Below are positions 47,646 to 56,692 of a stretch of DNA of 64,000 nucleotides, piece by piece. Position 1 is the first letter of the stretch. Every line of letters begins with the position of its first letter. The DNA comes from Pseudomonadota bacterium (GTDB lineage: Bacteria > Pseudomonadota > Gammaproteobacteria > Xanthomonadales > Rhodanobacteraceae): the NCBI GenBank assembly GCA_029779475.1, contig JAKPAN010000118.1, positions 26,136-90,135 of the forward strand, in the 5' to 3' direction. Below the pieces are notes generated by a model that searched no databases, had not been told where the DNA came from, and saw only the letters and a list, made by a program, of their open reading frames with translations. Both the position numbers and the translations under genes were made by a program.

Positions 47646-47673
47646 CGTCGTGCCCGCGAACGCGGGCATGACG
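47646..47673. repeat. REP-like palindrome between convergent genes
   Basis: CGTCGTGCCCGCG-AA-CGCGGGCATGACG: 13-bp arms with one G-T pair. Confidence 0.5.
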
Positions 47674-47695
47674 TCGAAACAACCGACGGACGGGG

Positions 47696-49258
47696 TCAGT
47701 CGCGCGTGAGCGCGATGTCCAGGTGCAGCGCGCCGTCGAGTCCGGCCGCGGCATTGGCCGTGCGCCACGCATCCATCACACCCCGCTCGTCGGTGAAACG
47801 CTCGCGACGGCCGTCGCGATGCAGCACCGTGATCGCCGGATATAAGCCGCGCAGCCAGCGCAGGTAATCGATCGCTTCGACGCCGCTCGCCGCGCGCATC
47901 GCCTGCGGATGGAACTCGCTGACGATCAGCGGCCGATGCTGCGCGATATGACGTTCGAGGCCGCGCAGCGCGAGCGGCTCCATGCCCCCGACGTCGATCT
48001 TCACGACGTCGAGACGCCGCAGTCCGGACATGCCGTCGAGCGCGTCGTCGAGGACGACGATCGGGACGCGCAGCGTTTCTCCGCCGTCCGCGCGCAATCG
48101 CGGGCCCGACGCCGCGGGCGTCGCCGAATTCGACGTCGTCGGATGCGTACGCAATTCGAGTTCGCCCGCGCGATCGGATGCCGCCGCGGCGACCAGCTCG
48201 ACATGATCGAAACCGTTCGCCTGCGCCGCGCGCGCGAGCAGCACGCGGTTGCGCGCGAGCGGCTCGACCGCAATGACGCGGCCTTGCGCGCCCACGCATT
48301 GCGCGGCGACGAGCGCGAGGAGTCCGATGTTCGCGCCGATGTCGAGCACGACATCGCCTTCGTGCACGTGTTCGCGCAGGAACGCGGCAACGTGCGCATC
48401 GTGGGCCTCGCCCGCGATCAGCGGCGCGCCGATATGCACGTCGGCCGGGTCGGCGAACAGCACGAGGCCGTCGCGCTCCACGGCAACCGGCGACGGCGCC
48501 TCGTTGACGACGGTCCAGCGGCGTCCGTGCCAGCCGGGGCCGGCGGAAGCCTCGTCGATCGCATCGACAAGGCGCAATGAAGGGTGCGCGGCGAGCCGCT
48601 TGCGCAAGTCGTCCTCGTGCAGCGCGTGCATCTCGAACACGTCGCGGCGACGCCAGACGATGCGGCGCAGCGGGTTGAGCCAGCGGTTCGACGCCGCGCC
48701 GAAAAAGCGGCCGCGCAGCGAATCGTCCGTGTCGGCAACGAACTGGAACACGGCCGCGCCGCCGGGCGCGAGCACGCGGAAAAATTCGCCGACGTAACCC
48801 GCAGCGAGTTCGGCCGGAATGTGCTGCAAGGTGATATGCGAGAACACGAAGTCGATGCTCGCGTCGGCAATGCCTTCGAGTCGCGGCGAAGCGTTGACGC
48901 GGAACTCGGCGTTGCCGATTCCGGCATTGAGTTCGCGCGCGGTGGCGACCATGCTCGCCGAAACATCGACGCCGATCGCGCGGCGGAAATGGCTGGCGAG
49001 TCGCCGCGTCAGCCGACCCGCGCCGCAGCCGAAATCAAGCGCAAGGTTGCGCTGGTGCGGAAAGCCGAGTGCGCCGACGGCGGCGAGTTGCGCGTCGATT
49101 TCCGCGGTGCCGGTGGCGAAGAATTCATCGACGTCCCAGCGCCCGCCGCGCTTGCGCGAATCCGACAGCACCGCCCACAGCGGATCGTCGCCGCCGAGCC
49201 GTTCCCAGACGCGGCGCAAGCGATCGAGTTGGGGATGCGGAGTTCGGGTTTCGGACAC
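47696..49258 (-). CDS. Two-domain methyltransferase: class I SAM MTase fused to FkbM-family MTase
   Basis: Domain 1 DPLWAVL...ALDFGCGAGRL...LQHIP; domain 2 VLDIGANIG...AVEP...KIDVGGME...IVSEF. GTG start at 49258 inferred. Confidence 0.82.
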   Translation of the reverse strand: MSETRTPHPQLDRLRRVWERLGGDDPLWAVLSDSRKRGGRWDVDEFFATGTAEIDAQLAAVGALGFPHQRNLALDFGCGAGRLTRRLASHFRRAIGVDVSASMVATARELNAGIGNAEFRVNASPRLEGIADASIDFVFSHITLQHIPAELAAGYVGEFFRVLAPGGAAVFQFVADTDDSLRGRFFGAASNRWLNPLRRIVWRRRDVFEMHALHEDDLRKRLAAHPSLRLVDAIDEASAGPGWHGRRWTVVNEAPSPVAVERDGLVLFADPADVHIGAPLIAGEAHDAHVAAFLREHVHEGDVVLDIGANIGLLALVAAQCVGAQGRVIAVEPLARNRVLLARAAQANGFDHVELVAAAASDRAGELELRTHPTTSNSATPAASGPRLRADGGETLRVPIVVLDDALDGMSGLRRLDVVKIDVGGMEPLALRGLERHIAQHRPLIVSEFHPQAMRAASGVEAIDYLRWLRGLYPAITVLHRDGRRERFTDERGVMDAWRTANAAAGLDGALHLDIALTRD

Positions 49259-49347
49259 GCGGGAACGATTTCTGGCGACGCGCCGTGACGCTGCGGGCCG
49301 CGTACTGTAGCGGCTCGCCGCGCGCGACGAAGCCGCGAGTGAAGGAA

Positions 49348-50475
49348 TCAGGTTTCGATCAGCTCGACGCCGTCGAGGCCCTGGCTCAGCGTGTGCGCGT
49401 CGCCGCCTTGCGCGAGCTTGATCTTCAGGCGCACTTCGTTTGCCGAGTCGGCGTGGCGCAGCGCGTCCTCGTAGCTGATCTCGCCGGCCTGGTAGAGCGT
49501 GAACAGGCTCTGGTCGAAGGTCTGCATGCCGAGGTTGGTCGATTCCTTCATGACGTCCTTGATCTTGTGGATCTCGCCTTGGCGGATGTAGTCCTGCACG
49601 AGCGGCGTGCCGAGCAAGACTTCCATCGCGACGCGGCGCGCCTTGCCGTCCGGCGTCGGGATCAGCTGCTGCGCGACGACGCCCTTGAGGTTGAGCGAGA
49701 GATCCATGAACAACTGTTCGCGGCGATCCTCGCCGAAGAAATGGATGATGCGATCCATCGCCTGGTTCGCGTTGTTCGCGTGCAGCGTGCACAGGCACAG
49801 ATGGCCGGTTTCGGAGAAGTTGATCGCGTGCTCCATCGTCTCGCGCGTGCGCACTTCACCGATCATGATGACGTCGGGCGCCTGGCGCAGCGTGTTCTTG
49901 AGCGCGTTTTCCCAGCTGTCGGTGTCGATGCCGAGTTCGCGCTGCGTGACGATGCAGCCCTCGTGCTTGTGCACGTATTCGATCGGATCCTCAATCGTGA
50001 TGATGTGGCCGGTCGAATTCTGGTTGCGGTAACCGATCATCGCCGCGAGCGAGGTCGACTTACCCGTGCCGGTCGCACCGACGAAGATGATGATGCCGCG
50101 CTTGGTCATCGCCAGCGACTTGATGATCGGCGGCAGCGCGAGTTCGTCCACGGTCGGGATCTTCGTCTCGATCCGGCGCAGCACCATGCCGACACAGTTG
50201 CGCTGGTAGAAGCACGACACGCGGAAGCGGCCGACACCGGTCACCGAGATCGCGAACTGGCATTCGTGCGTCTTTTCGAATTCCTCGCGCTGCGAGGGCG
50301 TCATCACGTTGAGCACCATGTCGCGCGATTGCTGCGGCGTCAGCGGGCTCTGCGTGATCGGCGTGATGCGGCCATTGACCTTGATCGACGGCGCGACGCC
50401 GGCCGTGATGAAGAGATCCGACGCCTTCTTGTGCGTCATCAGCTTGAGGTACGAGGTGAAATCGACGCTGCTCAT
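49348..50475 (-). CDS. pilU: Type IV pilus retraction ATPase PilU
   Basis: ASDLFITAG, GATGTGKSTS, ALKNTLRQAPDVI and TLHANNANQA (PilU type); C-terminal ADSANEVRL. Confidence 0.93.
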   Translation of the reverse strand: MSSVDFTSYLKLMTHKKASDLFITAGVAPSIKVNGRITPITQSPLTPQQSRDMVLNVMTPSQREEFEKTHECQFAISVTGVGRFRVSCFYQRNCVGMVLRRIETKIPTVDELALPPIIKSLAMTKRGIIIFVGATGTGKSTSLAAMIGYRNQNSTGHIITIEDPIEYVHKHEGCIVTQRELGIDTDSWENALKNTLRQAPDVIMIGEVRTRETMEHAINFSETGHLCLCTLHANNANQAMDRIIHFFGEDRREQLFMDLSLNLKGVVAQQLIPTPDGKARRVAMEVLLGTPLVQDYIRQGEIHKIKDVMKESTNLGMQTFDQSLFTLYQAGEISYEDALRHADSANEVRLKIKLAQGGDAHTLSQGLDGVELIET

Positions 50476-50583
50476 GAGCCTTCCCCGACCGGCCTCCGCG
50501 CCGGCATGCGCCGGGAGTGTACACCGGCGCCATCCGCGTGCTGCGGCCGCAGCGCACAGTTCACGCGGCCGCCCGGAGGCCGA

Positions 50584-51711
50584 TCAGGGCGACGCGGCGG
50601 GCACCGCGTCGCGATGGTAGTTGCCGCGCAAACGCAGGAACGGCCGCTCGACAAAGGTGTAACTCAACGCGGACACCGCGAGCGTGATCGGCAGCGCGAC
50701 CAGCGCCGTGTTGAGCAGCGCATCGACGATGAAGCCTCCCGTGAACACATGCGGGAAACCGAGCCGCAGCAGAGACCAGATCACGACGAAATGCAGCAAG
50801 TAGATCGAGTACGACACTTCGCCAATGCGTGCGAGCACGCGCGACCAGCCGCCCGACGCTGCGTTCGCGCAGGCGACGTAGCCAAGTACGAAGGCTGCCC
50901 ACAGCGCGCCCTCGATGGTCGGCACGACGATCTTCCAGCCCGGCGTCGTCGGCCAGCCGCCCTGTGCGTTGAAACCCCACAGTGCAAACACGACCGCGAC
51001 CAGCGCGAGTGCAGCAAGCGCACCGCCTGCGCGCGCCGACAGCGGACGCGTGCGCCAGAACCATGCCGCCCACATGCCGAGCAGGAACTGGTCGAGCCGG
51101 CCGAATATCTGCATGTAACTGATCTCGCGCGCGTTGCCGCCGCCGATCACGGCGGCCAGCCGCAGAACCAGCAACACGGCGATGAAACCCGCGACTTGCC
51201 GCGTCCAACCCTTCGCGAGCACCGCGACGAGCAGCGGAAAAATCACATAGAACTGCCATTCGATCGCAATCGTCCACAGCATGCTCGTGAACGGCGGCGC
51301 GACGAACGCGCCCGCTTCGTTGCCCAGTCCGAGCATGGTCTGCGCGACCGCGGCGAAGCTGAAATTCTGCGGCGCCGTCGCAATGCCCGCGAACACCATG
51401 AGCAGGAACAGCGGGTAGGTGCGCAGCAACCGGTTGCGGATGAAACCGATCCACGTCACGCCGCCTTCGAGCGCGCCCACAGTGAGGATGAAGCCCGACA
51501 GCACCATGAACAACGCCACCGCGGTATGCCCTTCCGCAAGCGCCGCGAGCAGCGGATTGGACGGCTGCAACCAGTGGTCCATGTCGAGATCGTGCCCGAA
51601 ACGCTGGCGATACGAGAACAGGTGTAGCCCGTGGTAGAACACGATGAGCAGCGCCGCGTACGCGCGCAGGTGGTCGACGGCCGGCAGGTAGCGGATGTTG
51701 GGGCTGCGCAT
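50584..51711 (-). CDS. Acyltransferase family 3 (OafA-like O-acyltransferase)
   Basis: DHLRAYAALLIVFYH, VALFMVLSGF, RLLRTYP, WTIAIEWQFY, GEVSYSIYLLH and VERP. Confidence 0.92.
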   Translation of the reverse strand: MRSPNIRYLPAVDHLRAYAALLIVFYHGLHLFSYRQRFGHDLDMDHWLQPSNPLLAALAEGHTAVALFMVLSGFILTVGALEGGVTWIGFIRNRLLRTYPLFLLMVFAGIATAPQNFSFAAVAQTMLGLGNEAGAFVAPPFTSMLWTIAIEWQFYVIFPLLVAVLAKGWTRQVAGFIAVLLVLRLAAVIGGGNAREISYMQIFGRLDQFLLGMWAAWFWRTRPLSARAGGALAALALVAVVFALWGFNAQGGWPTTPGWKIVVPTIEGALWAAFVLGYVACANAASGGWSRVLARIGEVSYSIYLLHFVVIWSLLRLGFPHVFTGGFIVDALLNTALVALPITLAVSALSYTFVERPFLRLRGNYHRDAVPAASP

Positions 51712-51783
51712 GTCGCGTCGCGGCTGGAAGGACGCGCGCGACTATAGCGGCTTGCAGGCGCGGCATGGCCGGCGCCTGTAGCC

Positions 51784-52920
51784 TCAAGCATTCCTTCGGA
51801 AATAAACGCTCGCCAACGCCACGAGAATCAGCGGCGGCACGACGTTCGCGATCGCAGGATGGATGTCGTAGACCGATGCCACGTTGATCACCGCGCGTTG
51901 CAGCAGATAGAAGCCGAGCGCGACGACGATGCCGAGGAACAGTCGCTTCGAAAGACCGCCGCTGCGCAGCGTGCCGAACGCGAACGGCATGGCGCAGAAC
52001 GCGAGCACGAGCACGCTCAGCGGATAGAACAGGCGTTGCCAGTAGGCGTCGCGGAAGCTGGACGCGTCCTGCTTGTTGCGGTCGAGCACGGCGATGTTCT
52101 GGCCGAGGTCGTGCAGGGTCATGTATTGCGGCTTGATGATGCTCGTCGCGAGCAGGCTCGGATCGAGGTTCGATTGCCATTGCTCGCTCGGCAGCGTCTT
52201 GCTCTTCGCGCTGTCGACGCTGAATTCGGTGCGGCGCACGTCCTTGAGCGTCCACGCGCCTTCGACGTGGATCGCCTTGCCGGCGACGGACAGCGCCTTG
52301 AGGCGGCCCGCGTCGTCGAACTCGAACACGCGCACGCCGTCGAGGTCGATCTCGCCCTTGCTGCCGCGCGTGTGGCCGTTGCGCGCGCCGATCACGGTTT
52401 CGCCGTCGCGCGCCCAGAGCACGCCGCCCTTGGCGAGCGCGACGTCCTTCGACTTCGCCGCAAGTTGCAGCTGCTGCGCTTTGCGTTCGCCGTACGGGCC
52501 GAGCGTTTCGCCGAGCACGACAACGCCGAGCGTGAGCAGCGCGATGCACAGCGCGACCGACGCGCAGATGCGCAGCTTGGACAAACCCGCCGCGCGCAAC
52601 GCGGTGAGTTCGCCCGTATTGGCGAGGCCGCCAAGGCCGAGCAGCCCGCCGATCAGCGCCGCGTAACCGAACATTTCGTAGAAGCGCCGCGGCACGGTGA
52701 ACAGCACGTAGATCGCCGCGCGGCCGAGCGTGTAACCGCCCTGACCGACGTCGTTGAGTTCGCCGATGAAGATGCGGAACGCGTCGAGGCTGACGATCAC
52801 CGCCCAGGTCAGCGCGACCGCGCCGAGCACGGCCATCGCGACGAGTTTGTCGACGCGCTTGAACGCGGGCGTGCGCAACGCCGCGAACGAAAAACGCGAT
52901 GCGATCGGCGGCGCGCTCAT
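51784..52920 (-). CDS. lptG: LPS export permease LptG
   Basis: ALIGGLLGLGGLANTGELTALRAAGLS and PFAFGTLRSGG; follows lptF. Confidence 0.94.
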   Translation of the reverse strand: MSAPPIASRFSFAALRTPAFKRVDKLVAMAVLGAVALTWAVIVSLDAFRIFIGELNDVGQGGYTLGRAAIYVLFTVPRRFYEMFGYAALIGGLLGLGGLANTGELTALRAAGLSKLRICASVALCIALLTLGVVVLGETLGPYGERKAQQLQLAAKSKDVALAKGGVLWARDGETVIGARNGHTRGSKGEIDLDGVRVFEFDDAGRLKALSVAGKAIHVEGAWTLKDVRRTEFSVDSAKSKTLPSEQWQSNLDPSLLATSIIKPQYMTLHDLGQNIAVLDRNKQDASSFRDAYWQRLFYPLSVLVLAFCAMPFAFGTLRSGGLSKRLFLGIVVALGFYLLQRAVINVASVYDIHPAIANVVPPLILVALASVYFRRNA

Positions 52921-54068
52921 GCCGCCGCTCCCTTGCGCGCCGGCGCCTTGAGGCGCTGGCTGCTCCAGATCAGCCACGCGGCAATCGCGATCGCGGGCAC
53001 GTACACCCACCACAGTCCGAGCGCGGGCGCGAGTTTGCCGGCGCTGATCCACGAGCGGCCGAGCAAGAGCACGTTGTAGTAGACGAGCCACGCGAGCAGC
53101 GCGACGAGCAGGCGCGCGTAGCGCGGCTCGCGCGGACTCGAGCGCGCGAGCGGGAACGCAAGCAGCGTGAGCACGAGCACCGACAGCGGCGCGGCGAGCC
53201 GCCAGTGCAGTTCCGCGCGCATCACCGGATCGTCGGGCGTGTTCCACAGGCGCGAGGTCGGCGCGGAGCGCTTCTGCGCGACGTCGCTGTCGTCGCTGGC
53301 CGCGTCGGGCAGCTTGATGTCGTTGCGCTTGAAGCGCATGAGGCGGTAGTCGTCCTCGCCGAGCTTGCCTTCGACGCGGAAACCGTCCTGCAATGCGATG
53401 TAGCGGCCGACGCCGTCGGCGTCGTGGTAGAGGAAACCGTCGGTCGCGGTGATCACGTCGATGCGCGTCTTTCCGCTACTGGCGTCGGCACGTTCGCTTT
53501 CGATGAACATGCGCTTGAAGTGCGTGCCGTCGCCGGACATCTCGCCGACGTAGATGACGCCGTCGCGACCCGGCAGTTCGACGAAGCGGCCCGGTTCGAG
53601 TCCGGCGACGATCAGCGAACGGCTCGCGCGCGTGAGCAGGTCCTGCGCCTTGCGATCCGCGGCCGGGCCGAGCCAGAACGAGACGACGGCGAGCGCGAGC
53701 ATCGTCGGCAGCGCGAACCAGACGAGCGGACGCAGCATGCCGCGCGCGTCCAGTCCGGACGATTGCAGCACGGCCATCTCGCTGTCGCGCCAGAGCCGGC
53801 CGTAGCCGAGTAGCACGCCGAGCAACACCGCGAGCGGCACGAGGATGGTCAGCGTGCTCACCGTGTGCAGCCCGATCAGGCTCAGCAGCAGCTCCGCCGG
53901 GATGCGGCCGCGCGCGATCTTGCCGAGCATTTCCGTCGCGGCGCCGCCGACCATGACCAGCAACAGCACTGCGGTCGCGGCAAGGAAGCCGACCGCGACC
54001 TCGCGCAGCAGGTAGCGGTCGACGATACGCAGTTGAAGGGGGCTTTGGCTTAGAATATTGGGCTTCAT
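52917..54068 (-). CDS. lptF: LPS export permease LptF
   Basis: IVDRYLLREV, GRLWRDSEM and AELHWRL...PREPRY; start uncertain and possibly about 12 codons later. Confidence 0.93.
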   Translation of the reverse strand: MKPNILSQSPLQLRIVDRYLLREVAVGFLAATAVLLLVMVGGAATEMLGKIARGRIPAELLLSLIGLHTVSTLTILVPLAVLLGVLLGYGRLWRDSEMAVLQSSGLDARGMLRPLVWFALPTMLALAVVSFWLGPAADRKAQDLLTRASRSLIVAGLEPGRFVELPGRDGVIYVGEMSGDGTHFKRMFIESERADASSGKTRIDVITATDGFLYHDADGVGRYIALQDGFRVEGKLGEDDYRLMRFKRNDIKLPDAASDDSDVAQKRSAPTSRLWNTPDDPVMRAELHWRLAAPLSVLVLTLLAFPLARSSPREPRYARLLVALLAWLVYYNVLLLGRSWISAGKLAPALGLWWVYVPAIAIAAWLIWSSQRLKAPARKGAAA

Positions 54069-54202
54069 GCGCAGACTCGGGGCCGCGCGGCGAGCGGCGC
54101 AATACGCGCTTTTCGCCACGCGAACCGCACCGACCGGATCGGCCGGGGCGGCAAGTGTAACCGGGTCCGCGCCGACCACCGCCTGACTTCGCCGGAACCA
54201 CG

Positions 54203-55690
54203 ATGACCCTTCATTTCGCCCTCAGCTCCGCCGCGCCGGAAAGCGCGCAAACCGCCTGCCTCGTCGTCGGCCTGTTCAAGGACGGCACGCTCGCGCCGTC
54301 CGCCGCGCGCATCGACGAAGCCAGCGGCGGCGCGATCCGCCGCGTCATCGCCGGCGGCGACGCCAACGGCAAGCCCGGCACGACGACGCTGCTGTTCGCG
54401 CTGCCCGGCGTGACCGCGCCGCGCGTGCTCGTGGTCGGCCTCGGCGACGCGGGCAAGTTCGACGCCAGCGCGTTCCACCGCGCCGCGAACGACGCCGCGC
54501 GCGCGCTCAAGGGCCTGCCGATCGGCGATGCGCTGTCCACGCTCACCGAACTCGACGTGTCCGGCCGCGATCTCGCCTGGAAGCTGCGCACCGCCGCGCT
54601 CGCCGCCGACGCGCAGGCCTACCGCTACACCGCGACGTTCAAGCCCAAGAACGACGCAGAACCGAAACAGCTCGCGACGATCGCGTTTTCCGCCACGGAC
54701 GACGACGCCAACCGCCGCGCGCTGACACAGTCCGCCGCGATCGCGAACGGCGTGCGCTTCGCCAAGGAACTCGGCAACCTGCCGCCGAACATCTGCAACC
54801 CGGCCTACATCGCCGCGCAGGCGAAACAGATCGCCGACACGCACGCCGGCGTCACGCTCGAAGTGCTCGAACGCGACGACATGGCCAAGCTCGGCATGGG
54901 CTCGCTGCTCGGCGTCGCGCAGGGTTCCGCGAATCCGCCCAAGCTCGTCGTGCTGCAATGGAACGGCGGCGGCGACGCCAAGCCTTACGCGCTCGTCGGC
55001 AAGGGCATCACCTTCGACACCGGCGGCATCTCGCTCAAGCCCGGCGCGGGCATGGAGGAAATGAAGTTCGACATGTGCGGCGCGGCCGGCGTGCTCGGCG
55101 CGTTCCTGTCCGCGGTCGAACTGAAACTGCCGATCAACCTCGTCTGCGTCGTGCCCGCGGTCGAGAACATGCCCGACGGCAACTCGTACCGCCCGAGCGA
55201 CGTGCTGACCAGCATGTCCGGCCTCACCATCGAAGTGCTCAACACCGACGCGGAAGGCCGCCTCATCCTCTGCGACGCGCTCACCTACGTGCAGAAGTTC
55301 GACCCGCAAGTCATCATCGACGCGGCCACGCTCACCGGCGCCTGCGTCGTCGCGCTCGGCAAGCACGCCTCGGGCCTGATGACGAAAGACGACGACCTCG
55401 CCGAACAACTGCTCGCCGCGGGCAACCGCACGCATGACCGCGCCTGGCGCCTGCCGCTGTGGGACGAGTATCAGGGCCAACTCGAATCCGGCTTCGCCGA
55501 CGTCGCCAACATCGGCGGCAAATACGCCGGCGCGATCACCGCGGGCTGTTTCCTGTCGCGCTTCACGAATGGCCGCCGCTGGGCGCATCTCGACATCGCC
55601 GGCACCGCGTGGGACGAAGGCCGCAAGGGCCTCGCCACGGGCCGCCCGGTGCCGATGCTCGTGCAGTACTTCATCGACCGTTGCGCGTGA
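54203..55690 (+). CDS. pepA: Leucyl aminopeptidase PepA
   Basis: [30 protein letters not shown] and HLDIAG. Confidence 0.97.
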   Translation: MTLHFALSSAAPESAQTACLVVGLFKDGTLAPSAARIDEASGGAIRRVIAGGDANGKPGTTTLLFALPGVTAPRVLVVGLGDAGKFDASAFHRAANDAARALKGLPIGDALSTLTELDVSGRDLAWKLRTAALAADAQAYRYTATFKPKNDAEPKQLATIAFSATDDDANRRALTQSAAIANGVRFAKELGNLPPNICNPAYIAAQAKQIADTHAGVTLEVLERDDMAKLGMGSLLGVAQGSANPPKLVVLQWNGGGDAKPYALVGKGITFDTGGISLKPGAGMEEMKFDMCGAAGVLGAFLSAVELKLPINLVCVVPAVENMPDGNSYRPSDVLTSMSGLTIEVLNTDAEGRLILCDALTYVQKFDPQVIIDAATLTGACVVALGKHASGLMTKDDDLAEQLLAAGNRTHDRAWRLPLWDEYQGQLESGFADVANIGGKYAGAITAGCFLSRFTNGRRWAHLDIAGTAWDEGRKGLATGRPVPMLVQYFIDRCA

Positions 55691-56148
55691 GCGAAGACAA
55701 CGCCCTCATCCAGCGCCGCAAGACGCAAGTGATTGCGGCGGCGCTCGGCACGCACGTCGCGCTCGGCGGCGCCCTCGTCACGTTGTTTCCCGGCATGCTC
55801 GAGCCGCAGTCCATGCAGGCCACGCTCGAGACGATGCAGGCCAGCGGCACGAACTACCTCTGCGAGGCGATCGCGCTCGTGTTCTGCTTCGCGTGGCTCA
55901 CGCTCGATTCGCACCAGCTGCAGATCCGCCGGCCGTGGTGGCTCAACCTCGGCGTGATCTTCCTCAAGGTGTTCTTCATTCCGTATTACCTGTTCAAGAC
56001 GCGCGCCGCCAACCAGCGCGGCAGCGCGATCCTCGCGTTCTTCGGACTGTATTTCGGCGCGATCTTCGCCATGGCCTTCGGCGCCGCGCTCGCGATGATG
56101 TTCGGATTCGCGCCGATGCCGCCGGCACCGCACGCACAAGGCCTGTGA
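55687..56148 (+). CDS. Small membrane protein of unknown function
   Basis: GTG overlapping the pepA stop; about four TMs; [10 protein letters not shown]; stop 1 nt before holC ATG. Confidence 0.7.
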   Translation: MSEDNALIQRRKTQVIAAALGTHVALGGALVTLFPGMLEPQSMQATLETMQASGTNYLCEAIALVFCFAWLTLDSHQLQIRRPWWLNLGVIFLKVFFIPYYLFKTRAANQRGSAILAFFGLYFGAIFAMAFGAALAMMFGFAPMPPAPHAQGL

Positions 56149-56149
56149 C

Positions 56150-56572
56150 ATGCCGCGCGCCGACTTCTACCTCATCGACAAGCCGCGCTTCCGCGAAGAT
56201 CCGCTGCTGCTCGTGTGCGAACTCGCCAAGCGCGCGTTCGCCGCGCAGCAGCCGACGCTGATCCTCGCGCGCTCGCAGGACGAGGCGGAAGCGATCGACG
56301 GACGCTTGTGGGATTTCGACGACGACGCCTTCATCCCGCACCAGATCGCCGGCGACGACGACGACGCGATGACACCGGTGCTCATCGTACCGCCCGGCAT
56401 CGCCGCGGAAGACCGCGCGCTCGTCGTCAACCTGCGCGACGATTGCGCGCCGGGACTGTTCGAGCGCGTGCTCGAGGTCGTGCCCGCCGACGAAGCCGCG
56501 CGCGGCGGCTCGCGCGAGCGTTGGAAGACCTACAAGGCCGCGGGTTTCGAGATCGCCAAGCACGACATGTGA
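56150..56572 (+). CDS. holC: DNA polymerase III subunit chi
   Basis: RADFY, DGRLW..DDDAFIPH and RERWKTYK..G. Confidence 0.95.
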   Translation: MPRADFYLIDKPRFREDPLLLVCELAKRAFAAQQPTLILARSQDEAEAIDGRLWDFDDDAFIPHQIAGDDDDAMTPVLIVPPGIAAEDRALVVNLRDDCAPGLFERVLEVVPADEAARGGSRERWKTYKAAGFEIAKHDM

Positions 56573-56647
56573 CGTGCGCATTGCCGCGATGCGCATTCGC
56601 GGATTCGAGCCGCATGCGTCCGCACACTTTCGATGATTCGATCCACG

Positions 56648-56674
56648 ACGCGCCATCCATTGCGGATGGCGCGT
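56648..56674. terminator. Hairpin between convergent holC and adhesin genes
   Basis: Perfect 11-bp stem ACGCGCCATCC/GGATGGCGCGT with 5-nt loop; no clear T tract. Confidence 0.45.
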
Positions 56675-56692
56675 TGCGATCCATGGCGCGGA

